From contig CAXWPJ010000009.1 of assembly GCA_963664115.2 (NCBI GenBank), positions 96,001-160,000 of the forward strand: DNA of 64,000 nucleotides, in the 5' to 3' direction. Below are positions 50,334-59,931 of the stretch, one piece after another (position 1 is the stretch's first letter; every line of letters begins with the position of its first letter). Origin of the DNA: Terriglobia bacterium (lineage in GTDB: Bacteria > Acidobacteriota > Terriglobia > 20CM-2-55-15). The position numbers were made by a program, and so were the translations under genes. The notes under the pieces were generated by a model that did not search any database, was not told the DNA's origin, and worked only from the letters and a program-made list of their open reading frames with translations.

Positions 50334-51929
50334 TCAGCTGTTCCCTTGATCTCCAGCCTGCAGACGTTCGACGCGCCATGTCGGACGCATTAGCTTTCCG
50401 AAACGGCGACCGTGCCGCCGGAGCCGTTTGACCATAGCCCAAAGTGTGCTGCCGCTCAAAACGTTGCCCCCGATACTCAGCAGGATGACCGCAAGGTCCC
50501 AGAGTGGACGACGCTCGTAGAGAAAAGGGACATCGAACTCGTGCAGGGCGTTATAGAGCCAACGCCTCATCCGGCTGAAGCGGGTTTGCTGAGAAACGGT
50601 CCCGCGCTGAGGATCCAGATACAGCCAACTCCGTTGATCGTCCAGATAGCGGACCCTCAACACCGGTAGCGGACGCGCATTGTCTCGGCTCCGATAGTAA
50701 TTGTCGTATTCATGGAGCCATTCGCTGTCCTGAACGGGTACTCCGGCCATGGTCTCCTCTGCGATGTCCTCCATGACGGAATTTTCGAACTTCGTGAAGG
50801 TTCCGTCCTCGGGACGCGCCAGCCAGACCATCCGGTGATCGACAGGCCCGGTTCCAACTTCCGGATTGCTTTTCGACGGCGGACTCTCGGCCGCGAGATA
50901 AAGCTCTCCGCGAAACTGCCGTACGTCGATTTCTTTCGCGGGGAAATGCTCTCCGATGGCCGCAACACCCTTGCTCATTGCGTCCAAGCTGACGGGGTCA
51001 AAGTTGACAGGACCTCCTGTAAGGACCTCACGCTGCTCGCGGGTCAGCCTTTGCCCTCCCGAAAACATTCCGAAGGGATTCACAGAAAACGCGCCGCTGA
51101 TGATCCAGGTGAACGTAAGCAGCCCGAAAAGAAGCCCGGAATAGTGATGCCAGCGCATCAATCCGGAGTAGGGCGTATGCGAGGCCTGCCGTTTCTGGCG
51201 AAACCGGCCGCTCATGGACAGGCGCCAGACACCGATCCCCAGTCCAGTGAGGCACATCAGGCCTCCAGCAAAGGATCCCCAGATGATGAACTGATTCCAG
51301 GCGTAGCCGTGCTTTCTGAGCGGCACGAAATAGACCCAGTGGAGGACGCCACTCCAGAAACCCTTGAAGCGGCTCGATCGGTCGGTCTTCATCACGATCT
51401 CGCCACTCCACTCCGCAACGTAGTAGAACGTGTCTTGATCGTCATCAAGCGCAATCCGCTGCAGAGGCATTTGACTCCGCTGGGCACCTTGAAGCGTCCA
51501 CTGGTCGGAGTCCTCCAACCAGGCGTCATATCTGAGGGATGACGCATGCTCGGGAACCCACTTTCGGACGATCTCCAAAGCTTGATCCGCATCGGCACGG
51601 GAACGCACAAAGTCACCCGTATCCGCGTATATGAGATCCCTTCCAATCCGGTACACAGGACGGACCCCGCGCATCTCAATCCTAAGGCTGGCAGGTGAGA
51701 CGTTCTGGCCGAGCGCGGCCGCCACCGGCGTAAGTGTCGCAGAAGAAGGGTCGACCGCTTCCTGGTGGTCCAATCGTTCCTCTGCGCTCAAGGCAGGCAT
51801 CCCCCAGTAGCATGAACGCGATGCCGGAAATGAACCACGACACGAAGAGCAGGCCAAAGGCGATGCCCAATCCAGCGGTGGGAGTAAATGAGTAGTTTGC
51901 GCCAGTCGAGAAGCTTTCGAACGTTCAAG
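50334..51929 (-). pseudogene. PepSY-associated TM-helix protein with two single-base insertions near the 5' end (pseudogene or sequencing error)
   Basis: Frames read NVRKLLDWRKLLIYSHRW, then GIAFGLLFVSWFISGIAFM, then YWGMPAL. Later motifs LHWVYF, RWHHYSGL and RWLYNALH. Indels at about 51870 and 51810. Confidence 0.7.
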
Positions 51930-52117
51930 GGAACCTCTCGGTCAAATTTGGTTCACAATGCTTCGTCATCCCGTACAGATTGGCCCACAACGAGATAGGA
52001 AAGCAGGGAGGCCGTACCCCCCTTTCGGCCCGAACGCGTAGGCTCCTGTGAAGACGCCCGTGTACCCCTTAAAACAGGAGTTGCTCGTCGATTGCCTTTC
52101 CTCGTCGAACAGGAAGT

Positions 52118-52189
52118 CTAGTCGAGGCCGGAAGAACAACCGACTGAAGAGTTTCTGAATTCTTCGTCAGCACAGATAACGGCGATGCA
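52118..52189 (-). repeat. 72-bp duplicated leader, copy B
   Basis: Near-identical to 50192-50263. Confidence 0.85.
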
Positions 52190-52222
52190 CGTAAAGATGT
52201 TTGTGATGCTGGGGTCGGGACG

Positions 52223-53494
52223 CTACACACCCTCGTACAATAGTCCTTCATAAAGAAAGGCGCCTGCGACGCGTTCGCACTCCCGTTCGCCAAGGCCAGC
52301 CCGTTGCATGACGGGACGCCACTCGTTCCTAACGGTGTCGAAGACCGTCTCCAGTACGGCTGTGGCATCTTCCCGGTTCAGGAGAAAACGGCCATGACCA
52401 GACAATAGGTTCGCCTTGTTTGCGATACGGCCCTCCAAACCGCACTCCATCGCGAGATCGCGCCGTTCTTTTGAAATCACCGGACTCGGTGTCAGGTCGT
52501 AGACCGGGCTGAGACGCCAGTCTTGGTTCTTAGCCAGCATCGCATGATTACGTGGGTGATCATCGAGGTTCGAAATCGCGGCATTCAGGCACATCCGGCC
52601 GAACAGCTCGCGCAAATCCTCTGCGGGCCGAGCGCTGACCCGGCGGACCTCATCGGCGAGAAGCAGGTAAGACCAGTCGGTTCGTGTCGTCGCGTAATCG
52701 TCGGTGCGGAGCAGGGTGAGTGCGCTGATCATGCGGTAACGGTAGTAGCCGCCTTCGGCGCGGTCACGGTCAAAACGGCGCACAAGCAGGACATCGCGCC
52801 CTGCCACAGCAGTGAGCCGACTGTCTGCGGCATTCAGCCCACAGGTCCTGGCGAGTTCGAGGAGTGCATGCTCGATGCGCGGATAGTTGTAACGATCGTC
52901 ATCGCGTGCGAATTTTGCAATCCACAGCACATCCCCGTCTTCGACAACGGCTTTCGGACGGGCTCCGCCCATCGACGATCCACCGAGCAGCAGCAGGTCT
53001 TCGGCCTGTTCGGCGGCGCTGCCCGCAAGCTCCGGATCGTCCTTGACGATCCGATCGGCGGCGCGCTGCAGGCGTTCGAGATCGAGCCTGCGGTTGAATT
53101 TGTTCTGCGGGAGGGGCGGCCGAGCATCGCGATCGAAACCCAGTGCACCCGCACGATCGTCGGACGCGCGTAACAGATAGTCGATGTCTTCGAGCGGCTT
53201 ACTGGCGTGGCGTTCGATGACCCTGCGGCCCCAGGAGTCGGGCATCGCATCGCGGATCGCGCCGAAGAACCCGTCCATTTTGGCGGTCTCGAACTCACCG
53301 GGCCGCAGGCGTAGTTCGACCGGGTCGAGTTCGACCGCATCTCGGCGTTCTCGGTAGCTGCGCCCGTATATGAATTTACCTACGGTGGCACCCTGCCGGG
53401 TTTCATTGAGGCGAAAGCGGCCAACCGTTACGAATTTGGTCTCGCCGGGGAGCACAATATGGACGAAGCAGTCGCGCTCAGAAGTCGTCATCAA
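52223..53494 (-). CDS. hipA: HipA-family kinase toxin
   Basis: DAMPDSWGR, SMGGARPK, WIAKF, RRFDR, NLDDHPRNH and LSPVYDL. Confidence 0.92.
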   Translation of the reverse strand: MMTTSERDCFVHIVLPGETKFVTVGRFRLNETRQGATVGKFIYGRSYRERRDAVELDPVELRLRPGEFETAKMDGFFGAIRDAMPDSWGRRVIERHASKPLEDIDYLLRASDDRAGALGFDRDARPPLPQNKFNRRLDLERLQRAADRIVKDDPELAGSAAEQAEDLLLLGGSSMGGARPKAVVEDGDVLWIAKFARDDDRYNYPRIEHALLELARTCGLNAADSRLTAVAGRDVLLVRRFDRDRAEGGYYRYRMISALTLLRTDDYATTRTDWSYLLLADEVRRVSARPAEDLRELFGRMCLNAAISNLDDHPRNHAMLAKNQDWRLSPVYDLTPSPVISKERRDLAMECGLEGRIANKANLLSGHGRFLLNREDATAVLETVFDTVRNEWRPVMQRAGLGERECERVAGAFLYEGLLYEGV

Positions 53495-53819
53495 ATGCCT
53501 TGCGTTTGGGTGCAGTCTTCGGGCTGCGGGCGGCCTCCAGTATCTTGCCTTCGAGATCGCGGTCGGGATCGGCGAGTTCGTCCATCTGGCTTAGCAATCC
53601 GAGAGCCCACAATGCGCCCAGATAGGCAACGATCCCCGTGGTCGGTTTGCCTCGCTCGATATCCGCCAGAACATAGCGGGATATCCCGATCCGCTCGGCG
53701 AGTTCCCGGCGGGCAAGCTTCCGACGTAACCGCGCAGTGCGAATATTCCGCCCGAGCGTGATCAGGGCCTGCTCGACAGCATGGGGAGGGGATTCAGCTA
53801 TCTTACTCGTGCGGGGCAT
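53478..53819 (-). CDS. XRE/Cro HTH protein, probable antitoxin partner of HipA
   Basis: LGRNIRTARLRR, ELAERIGIS and IERG; overlaps the hipA start; ATG at 53819 with AGAGAGG RBS. Confidence 0.88.
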   Translation of the reverse strand: MPRTSKIAESPPHAVEQALITLGRNIRTARLRRKLARRELAERIGISRYVLADIERGKPTTGIVAYLGALWALGLLSQMDELADPDRDLEGKILEAARSPKTAPKRKAFDDDF

Positions 53820-53895
53820 GTTGACGTTAAACCTCTCTAGTCTTAGACATGTTGATTGAAATAAACATATCTCAATCAACTGCCCTGGTCAAATA

Positions 53896-53950
53896 AAATG
53901 TATATTTAAATAAACTTTAAACGTATATATGTTGTTTTAAAGATACATTT
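53896..53950. promoter_or_regulatory. AT-rich inverted repeat, probable autoregulatory operator/promoter of the HTH-hipA module
   Basis: AAATGTATATTTAAA-N25-TTTAAAGATACATTT (14 of 15 positions complementary). Confidence 0.55.
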
Positions 53951-54505
53951 ATGACTCTTCCTGCCCACCTGACCCGCTCTCAGACTTCGATCTGCTCAAA
54001 GTGCCTCATTAAGGAAAGAACCTGAGACGGCAGACGACGGTTCGAAGGAGCAGACTCCCAATGCCCAATGATCACTATGGTCATCCACACGGTGCAAAGA
54101 AAACGAAATCTCTGTCATCGAAAACGGCACAATGATCAGCGCTTCTGGACCAATGGATAGAGGAAAATAAACGGGCCTGCCCCGTTTGACGGGGATGGAT
54201 ACGCTGACCCTCACCCTAACAGCTAAGGGGTTCACCCGACAGTCACGAAGGAGTAGGAGACGATGAGACTTCTTTTGCTCGCCTGGAGTCTCGGCAAAAA
54301 ACCGCGCGGTAAGAAGGCAAGACCTCGTGTAGGGCCACGTCCGACTATCCCCCGCGTCGGCTGACGATCGATTCTTACGAGAAATTCATTAACTTTTAAG
54401 TAACCGCTAGGTGCCCCGATTTTATAGACTTAAGTGTTCAAAGGTTCTATCTTCGGCTATCGTTGATGCGCAGTGCGCGACCCCAGCCGAAATTTGGAGA
54501 AAAGC

Positions 54506-54829
54506 ATGAAGCATGCAAGGTTGATTTTTGCCGGGCTGTTGATCGCCGGTTTATTTGTCGGGGTTCCCTCAGCCTCTGCTCACACTCCCATATGCAACTG
54601 CTATGACAACGGTGACGAAACGATAACCTGCGAAGGTGGATTTTCCGACGGAGGATCGGCCGAAGGCGTTCCGATTCGAGTCCTTGATCTCCGTGACCGG
54701 GTTCTGATCGACGGCAAGATGGAGACCGACAGCACCTACTCCTTTACGAAACCGGATGAAGAGTTTCACGTTGTCTTCGATGCCGGTGAGAGCCATATTG
54801 TCACGATCTACGCAGAGGATATCGAGTAG
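54506..54829 (+). CDS. Small exported FpvJ-like protein
   Basis: Signal peptide ending ASA-H; HTPICNC..CEGGFSDG..FHVVFDAGESH resembles P. aeruginosa FpvJ. Confidence 0.7.
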   Translation: MKHARLIFAGLLIAGLFVGVPSASAHTPICNCYDNGDETITCEGGFSDGGSAEGVPIRVLDLRDRVLIDGKMETDSTYSFTKPDEEFHVVFDAGESHIVTIYAEDIE

Positions 54830-55684
54830 TTGAAGTTGAAGGTCGTAGATCATTGCAGGGGAGTCGGTGTCATTGTCACCACCGTAGCTCTGGTGTCCGG
54901 GCTCGCAATGCCGGTCAGCGGCCACTTTCAGTTGCTGTATACCGAAGAGGCGGCGCTCAACGGCGGACAGGCAACCGACCTGCTGCTGCTGTTTACCCAT
55001 CCTGCGCACGGTGGCCCCAATATGGATATGGGTGTACCTGAAGCCTTCTACGTCGTCAGCCAGCGTGGCGAAGAGGCCGAGCCTGTGACCACCGATTTGA
55101 TCGAATATCTGGAACCCATTACTTGGACCGGTGAGACCGGCTCCAGCCAGGCGTATGAAGCCAGCCTGCCACGCGCGGTGACGCGTTCGCTTGGGGACTA
55201 TGTGTTCGTCCTGCAGCCGGCGCCTTACTATGAAGGCGGTGAGGACAAGTACATACAGCAGTTCACGAAAATGATGATGAACATCGGCGGCGTGCCCGGC
55301 AACTGGGCGGATCCCGTGGGGCTGCCCACCGAAATCCTGCCGCTGGACAAACCCTACGCGAACTGGACGGGCGGCGTATTTCGGGGAGTCGTTTTGTCCT
55401 CAGGGCGTCCGGTACCGAATGCAGAACTCGAAGTAGAATATATCAACCATGCGCCGGACTTAGCCGGACACAGCTTCGCGACCGATCCGGATGTCGTCTT
55501 GCCCCAGGGCTCCTTCGGCACAATGTCGATTAAGACCAACGCCCTCGGTGAATTCACGATCGGGTTGCCCAAGGCCGGGTGGTGGGGCATCTGCGCCCTG
55601 GCCGTGGGTCCGGACACGGAACACGAAGGGAAACCGTTGTCGCAGGACGCGGTCATATGGGTCCAGGTCAAGGACATACAATGA
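54830..55684 (+). CDS. DUF4198 exported metal-uptake accessory protein
   Basis: SG-HFQLLY, FTHP, PAPYYE..DKYIQQFTK, EVEYIN and PKAGWWG. Confidence 0.8.
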   Translation: MKLKVVDHCRGVGVIVTTVALVSGLAMPVSGHFQLLYTEEAALNGGQATDLLLLFTHPAHGGPNMDMGVPEAFYVVSQRGEEAEPVTTDLIEYLEPITWTGETGSSQAYEASLPRAVTRSLGDYVFVLQPAPYYEGGEDKYIQQFTKMMMNIGGVPGNWADPVGLPTEILPLDKPYANWTGGVFRGVVLSSGRPVPNAELEVEYINHAPDLAGHSFATDPDVVLPQGSFGTMSIKTNALGEFTIGLPKAGWWGICALAVGPDTEHEGKPLSQDAVIWVQVKDIQ

Positions 55685-56322
55685 AATCAGAATCCGATAT
55701 CGTCAGGCCGTTAAGTAGCCGCGCCGAATCCTGGCTAATTGCCGGCATCACCGTTTTCATCTTGTTGGCGACCGGGATCGCCGTTGCCAGTCGCCGCGTC
55801 GAAGATACCGGGCAGCGTCTATTCGATTGGCAGATCAGCGCATTCTACGACTTGAAGCAGACGGATCAGGCCGTATATAGCGCTCTATTGGCCGCCTCTG
55901 AAGAACTCTGGTGGATTCACGACGAATTCCTCACTTTCGGCACACCGGAACAACTCGCAGACCCCTGGCCGACGGTTGAACAGTTGAGTGAAGAGTATCT
56001 GTTACCGCCATTTGCCCAGGATGTGGCCTGGTCGCAACAGGGCGAAATACACTGGGAGCGGATCGCTTCATATTCGTTTGAAGGGTCGACCGTGTATTTC
56101 GGAACGGGCGGCACACTACCGGGTCAGAGCGCCTATCTTGTCATGCTGTCGCACGTGCATAAAGGTGCCATCTGGGCCAACGGCGAGTTTATCTGGGTGC
56201 ATCCGGATGTCAATGTTCCCTCACCGCCGACGATCACACGCGATTCGCTGATTCTTAACGGCTGGAAGGAAGTGGTGCCCTACAACGGGGCCATGGAAGT
56301 CAACCGCCTCAGAGGAGAGTAA
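55681..56322 (+). CDS. DUF6162/FpvK-like membrane-anchored protein
   Basis: IVRP..E, a single TM helix, QISAF..L...DQAVY..L..A.EE, LPPF and GWKEV. Confidence 0.65.
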   Translation: MKSESDIVRPLSSRAESWLIAGITVFILLATGIAVASRRVEDTGQRLFDWQISAFYDLKQTDQAVYSALLAASEELWWIHDEFLTFGTPEQLADPWPTVEQLSEEYLLPPFAQDVAWSQQGEIHWERIASYSFEGSTVYFGTGGTLPGQSAYLVMLSHVHKGAIWANGEFIWVHPDVNVPSPPTITRDSLILNGWKEVVPYNGAMEVNRLRGE

Positions 56323-56323
56323 G

Positions 56324-57244
56324 ATGCCGCGTCTTAGAACAACTGTTACTCGGGCCGCGCTGCTGTCGTTATTGATCGCCTGCTCGGGTCTGACCGTAGC
56401 GCAAGCGCAATCCCTGCGAATCGGCGTGACCCTCCATCCCTATTACAGCTTCGCTGCGAATGTCGTGGGCGATCGGGCCGAGGTCATACCCCTGATCGAA
56501 GCCGGGGCCAACCCCCACAACTACACGCCTCGACCCGACGACATGAGGCGGGTACTATCCATGGACGTCCTGATCGTCAATGGTATCGGTCACGATGAGT
56601 GGGCATTCGAAATCGTGAAAGCCGCTGGTCGCGAGGAGACGTTGCCTCTCCTTTATGCGAACGACGACGTCGCTTTGATTCCGATCGCTGCTGATGAGGG
56701 TGAAGCCAAGGTCGTCAATCCACACACTTTCGTCTCGACGACCGCCGCGATTCAGCAGATCTATACGATTGCGAGCGAACTCGGAGAACTCGACCCTGAC
56801 AATGCAGCCTACTATCGTAACAACGCGCGCGCATACGCATTAAGAATCCGGCGCCTGAAAGCCCAATTCATGACCGAGCTCGTTGATCTGGATACATCGA
56901 CGTTTCAGTGCGCAACAATGCACGGGGCTTACGGTTATTTAATGCAGGAATTCGGTCTGCAGGTGACGGCCGTCATCGAGCCTCGGCACGGCGTGGAACC
57001 GACGGCACGTCAGTTGGCCGATACGATAGACAAAATCAAGACCGCCGACGTGAACGTACTGTTCGCTGAGAAATTTTTTGCAAGCGCGCTGTCTGAAACG
57101 ATACAGGAAGCCACCGGTGTCGAGATGTACTCGTTCTCCCATATGTCGGACGGCGCCTATACGCCGGAACTCTTCGAACAGGAAACTCAGGCCAACCTGG
57201 AAACTCTGCTGGCGGCCATGAGATCGGTCGCCGAAAGCAACTGA
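56324..57244 (+). CDS. Metal ABC substrate-binding protein (ZnuA family, FpvC-like)
   Basis: IGVTLHPYYS, NPHNY, NGIGHD, NPHT, HGAYGY and IEPRHG. Confidence 0.88.
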   Translation: MPRLRTTVTRAALLSLLIACSGLTVAQAQSLRIGVTLHPYYSFAANVVGDRAEVIPLIEAGANPHNYTPRPDDMRRVLSMDVLIVNGIGHDEWAFEIVKAAGREETLPLLYANDDVALIPIAADEGEAKVVNPHTFVSTTAAIQQIYTIASELGELDPDNAAYYRNNARAYALRIRRLKAQFMTELVDLDTSTFQCATMHGAYGYLMQEFGLQVTAVIEPRHGVEPTARQLADTIDKIKTADVNVLFAEKFFASALSETIQEATGVEMYSFSHMSDGAYTPELFEQETQANLETLLAAMRSVAESN

Positions 57245-57250
57245 CACTGA

Positions 57251-57961
57251 ATGCGCGGCCCTAAGATTACTTTCACCGGAGTCAATCTTCAGCTTTCCGG
57301 CAACGAAATCCTGCGCGACGTGAACCTGTCTGTTGAGCCCGGCACCATCCATTGTCTGATTGGGCCGAATGGCGGGGGCAAGACCTCTCTGATTCGTTGT
57401 CTTCTCGGCCAAATGCCGCATACCGGAACGATTTCCATCGACTGGGACAAAGACAGGACGATAGGCTACATTCCCCAGTATCTCGATTTTGACAAAAACC
57501 TGCCGATCAGCGTCACCGACTTCATGTCCATGATCTGCCAGCAATACCGACCGGCCTTCGCCGGCCTTGGCAAGCGCCATCGTGCGCGCGCAGGCGAGGC
57601 TTTGGATCGCGTGGGCCTGGGCGGAAAGCGCAAAGCCCGGCTCGGCAGTCTCTCCGGTGGCGAACGTCAGCGTGTGTTGTTCGCTCAGGCTTTGATCCCG
57701 GAACCGTCGCTGCTGGTGCTCGACGAACCCATGACGAGCATGGACGAGGTCGGGGAGGAGATCTTCGTTGCCGTAATCAAAGAACTCGCAGCAGAGGGAG
57801 TCACCGTCGTCTGGATTGCACACGACCTTGCAAAGGTCAGGGCGACCGCTGGCGAGGTGAGCTGCGTGAATCGGACGATACTGTTCAGCGGTCCGCCAGC
57901 GGAAGTGCTGACCGGTCGCCACGCCGATGTGTTGTTCGGCCAGATAGGAAGTTTGGCGTGA
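57251..57961 (+). CDS. Metal ABC transporter ATPase (FpvD/ZnuC-like)
   Basis: GPNGGGKT, LSGGERQR and LDEP. Confidence 0.92.
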   Translation: MRGPKITFTGVNLQLSGNEILRDVNLSVEPGTIHCLIGPNGGGKTSLIRCLLGQMPHTGTISIDWDKDRTIGYIPQYLDFDKNLPISVTDFMSMICQQYRPAFAGLGKRHRARAGEALDRVGLGGKRKARLGSLSGGERQRVLFAQALIPEPSLLVLDEPMTSMDEVGEEIFVAVIKELAAEGVTVVWIAHDLAKVRATAGEVSCVNRTILFSGPPAEVLTGRHADVLFGQIGSLA

Positions 57962-58863
57962 CCGATTTCTACGAGTTCGTACGTGTAACCCTGCAGGAGC
58001 TGGCTTACGCGGGCACCCTCCCGCTGTCGTTTCAATACGGCTTCGTAATCAATGCGCTGATGTGCGCGCTTTTGATCGGACCGGTGCTTGGCGGTGTCGG
58101 TACGATGGTCGTGACCAAGCGCATGGCGTTTTTTTCTCAGGCCATCGGCAATGCGGCGATGACCGGGGTTGGAATCGGCGTCTTACTCGGTGAGTCCTAC
58201 ACAGAACCCTATATATCGACGTTTTCGTTCTGCGTCCTCTTTGCCCTGGTGCTCAACTACACAAAGGGTCGCACGCAAATCTCGGCCGATGTACTGATCG
58301 GCGTGTTTCTTTCCATTTCTCTGGCCATTGGTTCCTCGTTGCTGTTGTTCGTGTCCGCGCAGGTCAACACGCACATTCTTGAGGCCGTGTTGTTTGGCTC
58401 GGTATTGACGGTCAGTGACACCGACATGAACGTGCTGATCGTCGCGACGATTCTCGTCGTAGCGGTCGGCATACCGCTGTTCAACCGCATGCTGCTGGCC
58501 AGTCTCAACCCGAGTCTGGCGAGTGTGCGCGGTGTACGCGTCCAGTTAATGGAATACGTGTTTGTGCTGATGATCACGCTGCTGACCGTCGCTTGTTTGA
58601 AAATTGTCGGGGCCGTGCTGGTCGAAGCGCTGTTGCTGATCCCGGCCGCGGCCGCACGAAACATAGTCAGCTCGATGCGGGGATTCGTGCTTTGGAGCGT
58701 GATTATTTCAACCGTGAGCTGCATCGCGGGTGTCTTGATACCCATGCAGTTTGGCCTTCCAATCCCCTCCGGCGGCGCGATTATCATGGTCGCGGCAAGC
58801 ATCTTTTTCCTCACCACGCTGTTCCGGATGACACTGGGGCGGTTTCGCGAGGCCCGGGTCTGA
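57958..58863 (+). CDS. Metal ABC transporter permease (FpvE/ZnuB-like)
   Basis: KRMAFFSQAIG, LFGSVLTV and GAVLVEALLLIPAAAA. Confidence 0.92.
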   Translation: MTDFYEFVRVTLQELAYAGTLPLSFQYGFVINALMCALLIGPVLGGVGTMVVTKRMAFFSQAIGNAAMTGVGIGVLLGESYTEPYISTFSFCVLFALVLNYTKGRTQISADVLIGVFLSISLAIGSSLLLFVSAQVNTHILEAVLFGSVLTVSDTDMNVLIVATILVVAVGIPLFNRMLLASLNPSLASVRGVRVQLMEYVFVLMITLLTVACLKIVGAVLVEALLLIPAAAARNIVSSMRGFVLWSVIISTVSCIAGVLIPMQFGLPIPSGGAIIMVAASIFFLTTLFRMTLGRFREARV

Positions 58864-58864
58864 C

Positions 58865-59845
58865 ATGAAAGCTTTGGCATTTTATCTGGCAACGTTAACC
58901 GTGGTAGTCGGGATCGGACCAGTCGCCCGGGCGCAGGGGACTGCCGACGCTGGGAGCGATGCCGTTGTCGTCCTGACTGCGCTACCGGCAGCTTATTCAA
59001 TCACTTCGGCGCTGGTAGAAAATACGTCGATTACAGTGGAAAATCTTCCCGCCCGGCCCCGCCCCATGAGCGCGCTGGGAAACTATTTTGAATCCCGCGC
59101 CGAGCAGTTGAGCGATCAGTTCGAAAACACTCAGGCGGTTATTACTATTGGCAAGCTTTGGAATGATGACCCGCTCTTTACCGCCGTGCGGGCTGGAAAT
59201 ATTCGCGTCGTCAACATCGACGCGAGTAAGCCATGGTCCACAACTCTGGAAGGAGTCTCGGTAGCGTTTGAGCCGCAGTCCGACGTTCCCTGGATCGAAC
59301 TCGAGCAAGCCGATCGAGTTCCTTCCGTGTACTTTTGGTTAAGTCCGGCCAACGGTGTCCGGGTGGCAGAGATTATTGCCTCTGATCTTATGCGCTTGTC
59401 CCCCCCCGACAGCGCACAAATTGAACAGAACCTGGCCGACTATCGACAGCAGCTATTGGAACTCAAGCGAGAATATGAGGTCAAATTCGCGACCCTGCTC
59501 GACCTCACAGTGTTTGCGCTGGCGCCGGAATTTGTCTACTTGACGTCCGACATGGCCCTTTATGTCGATGGCTATTTCTTGAAACAGGACATTGATTGGA
59601 CGGCCGAAGATGTGCGGGAATTCGAGTCGTATCTAACGAACAACGACATCAAAGTCGCAATCCACAAGTGGGAGCCGGACGAGCCGATTCAGGCCGCAAT
59701 CGATCGCGCTGATGTGAACCTGGTCGTGCTCGATATGATCGACCTGGGAATTGTTGAAGACGGACAGTTAAGAGAAGACAGCTATATCGCACTGATGAGA
59801 ACCAACCTGGAAGCGCTCTACACCGCCTTCAGCGCGGCAAATTAA
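58865..59845 (+). CDS. Second ZnuA-fold binding protein (FpvF-like)
   Basis: LWNDDPLF, NIRVVNIDA and FWLSPAN; lacks the His metal ligands of the first binding protein. Confidence 0.75.
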   Translation: MKALAFYLATLTVVVGIGPVARAQGTADAGSDAVVVLTALPAAYSITSALVENTSITVENLPARPRPMSALGNYFESRAEQLSDQFENTQAVITIGKLWNDDPLFTAVRAGNIRVVNIDASKPWSTTLEGVSVAFEPQSDVPWIELEQADRVPSVYFWLSPANGVRVAEIIASDLMRLSPPDSAQIEQNLADYRQQLLELKREYEVKFATLLDLTVFALAPEFVYLTSDMALYVDGYFLKQDIDWTAEDVREFESYLTNNDIKVAIHKWEPDEPIQAAIDRADVNLVVLDMIDLGIVEDGQLREDSYIALMRTNLEALYTAFSAAN

Positions 59846-59914
59846 AGGGGACGGACACTTCAGTCGAAATACACCCGCCTGGCCACAATGTCGCATGAAG
59901 TGTCCGTCCCCTTT
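59844..59914. repeat. REP/MITE-like palindrome, copy 2, between convergent genes
   Basis: Perfect 19-bp IR AAAGGGGACGGACACTTCA / TGAAGTGTCCGTCCCCTTT. Confidence 0.85.
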
Positions 59915-59931
59915 CCCCTTTCCGCGTCCCT

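Noticed and set aside
53950-54500. Possible cobalamin or NiCo riboswitch, or Fur box, upstream of the metal ABC operon
   Set aside because: No consensus motif recognised by eye; needs cmscan or a motif scan
56939-57922. 327-aa antisense ORF over the ABC ATPase
   Set aside because: Common shadow ORF opposite ABC ATPase genes
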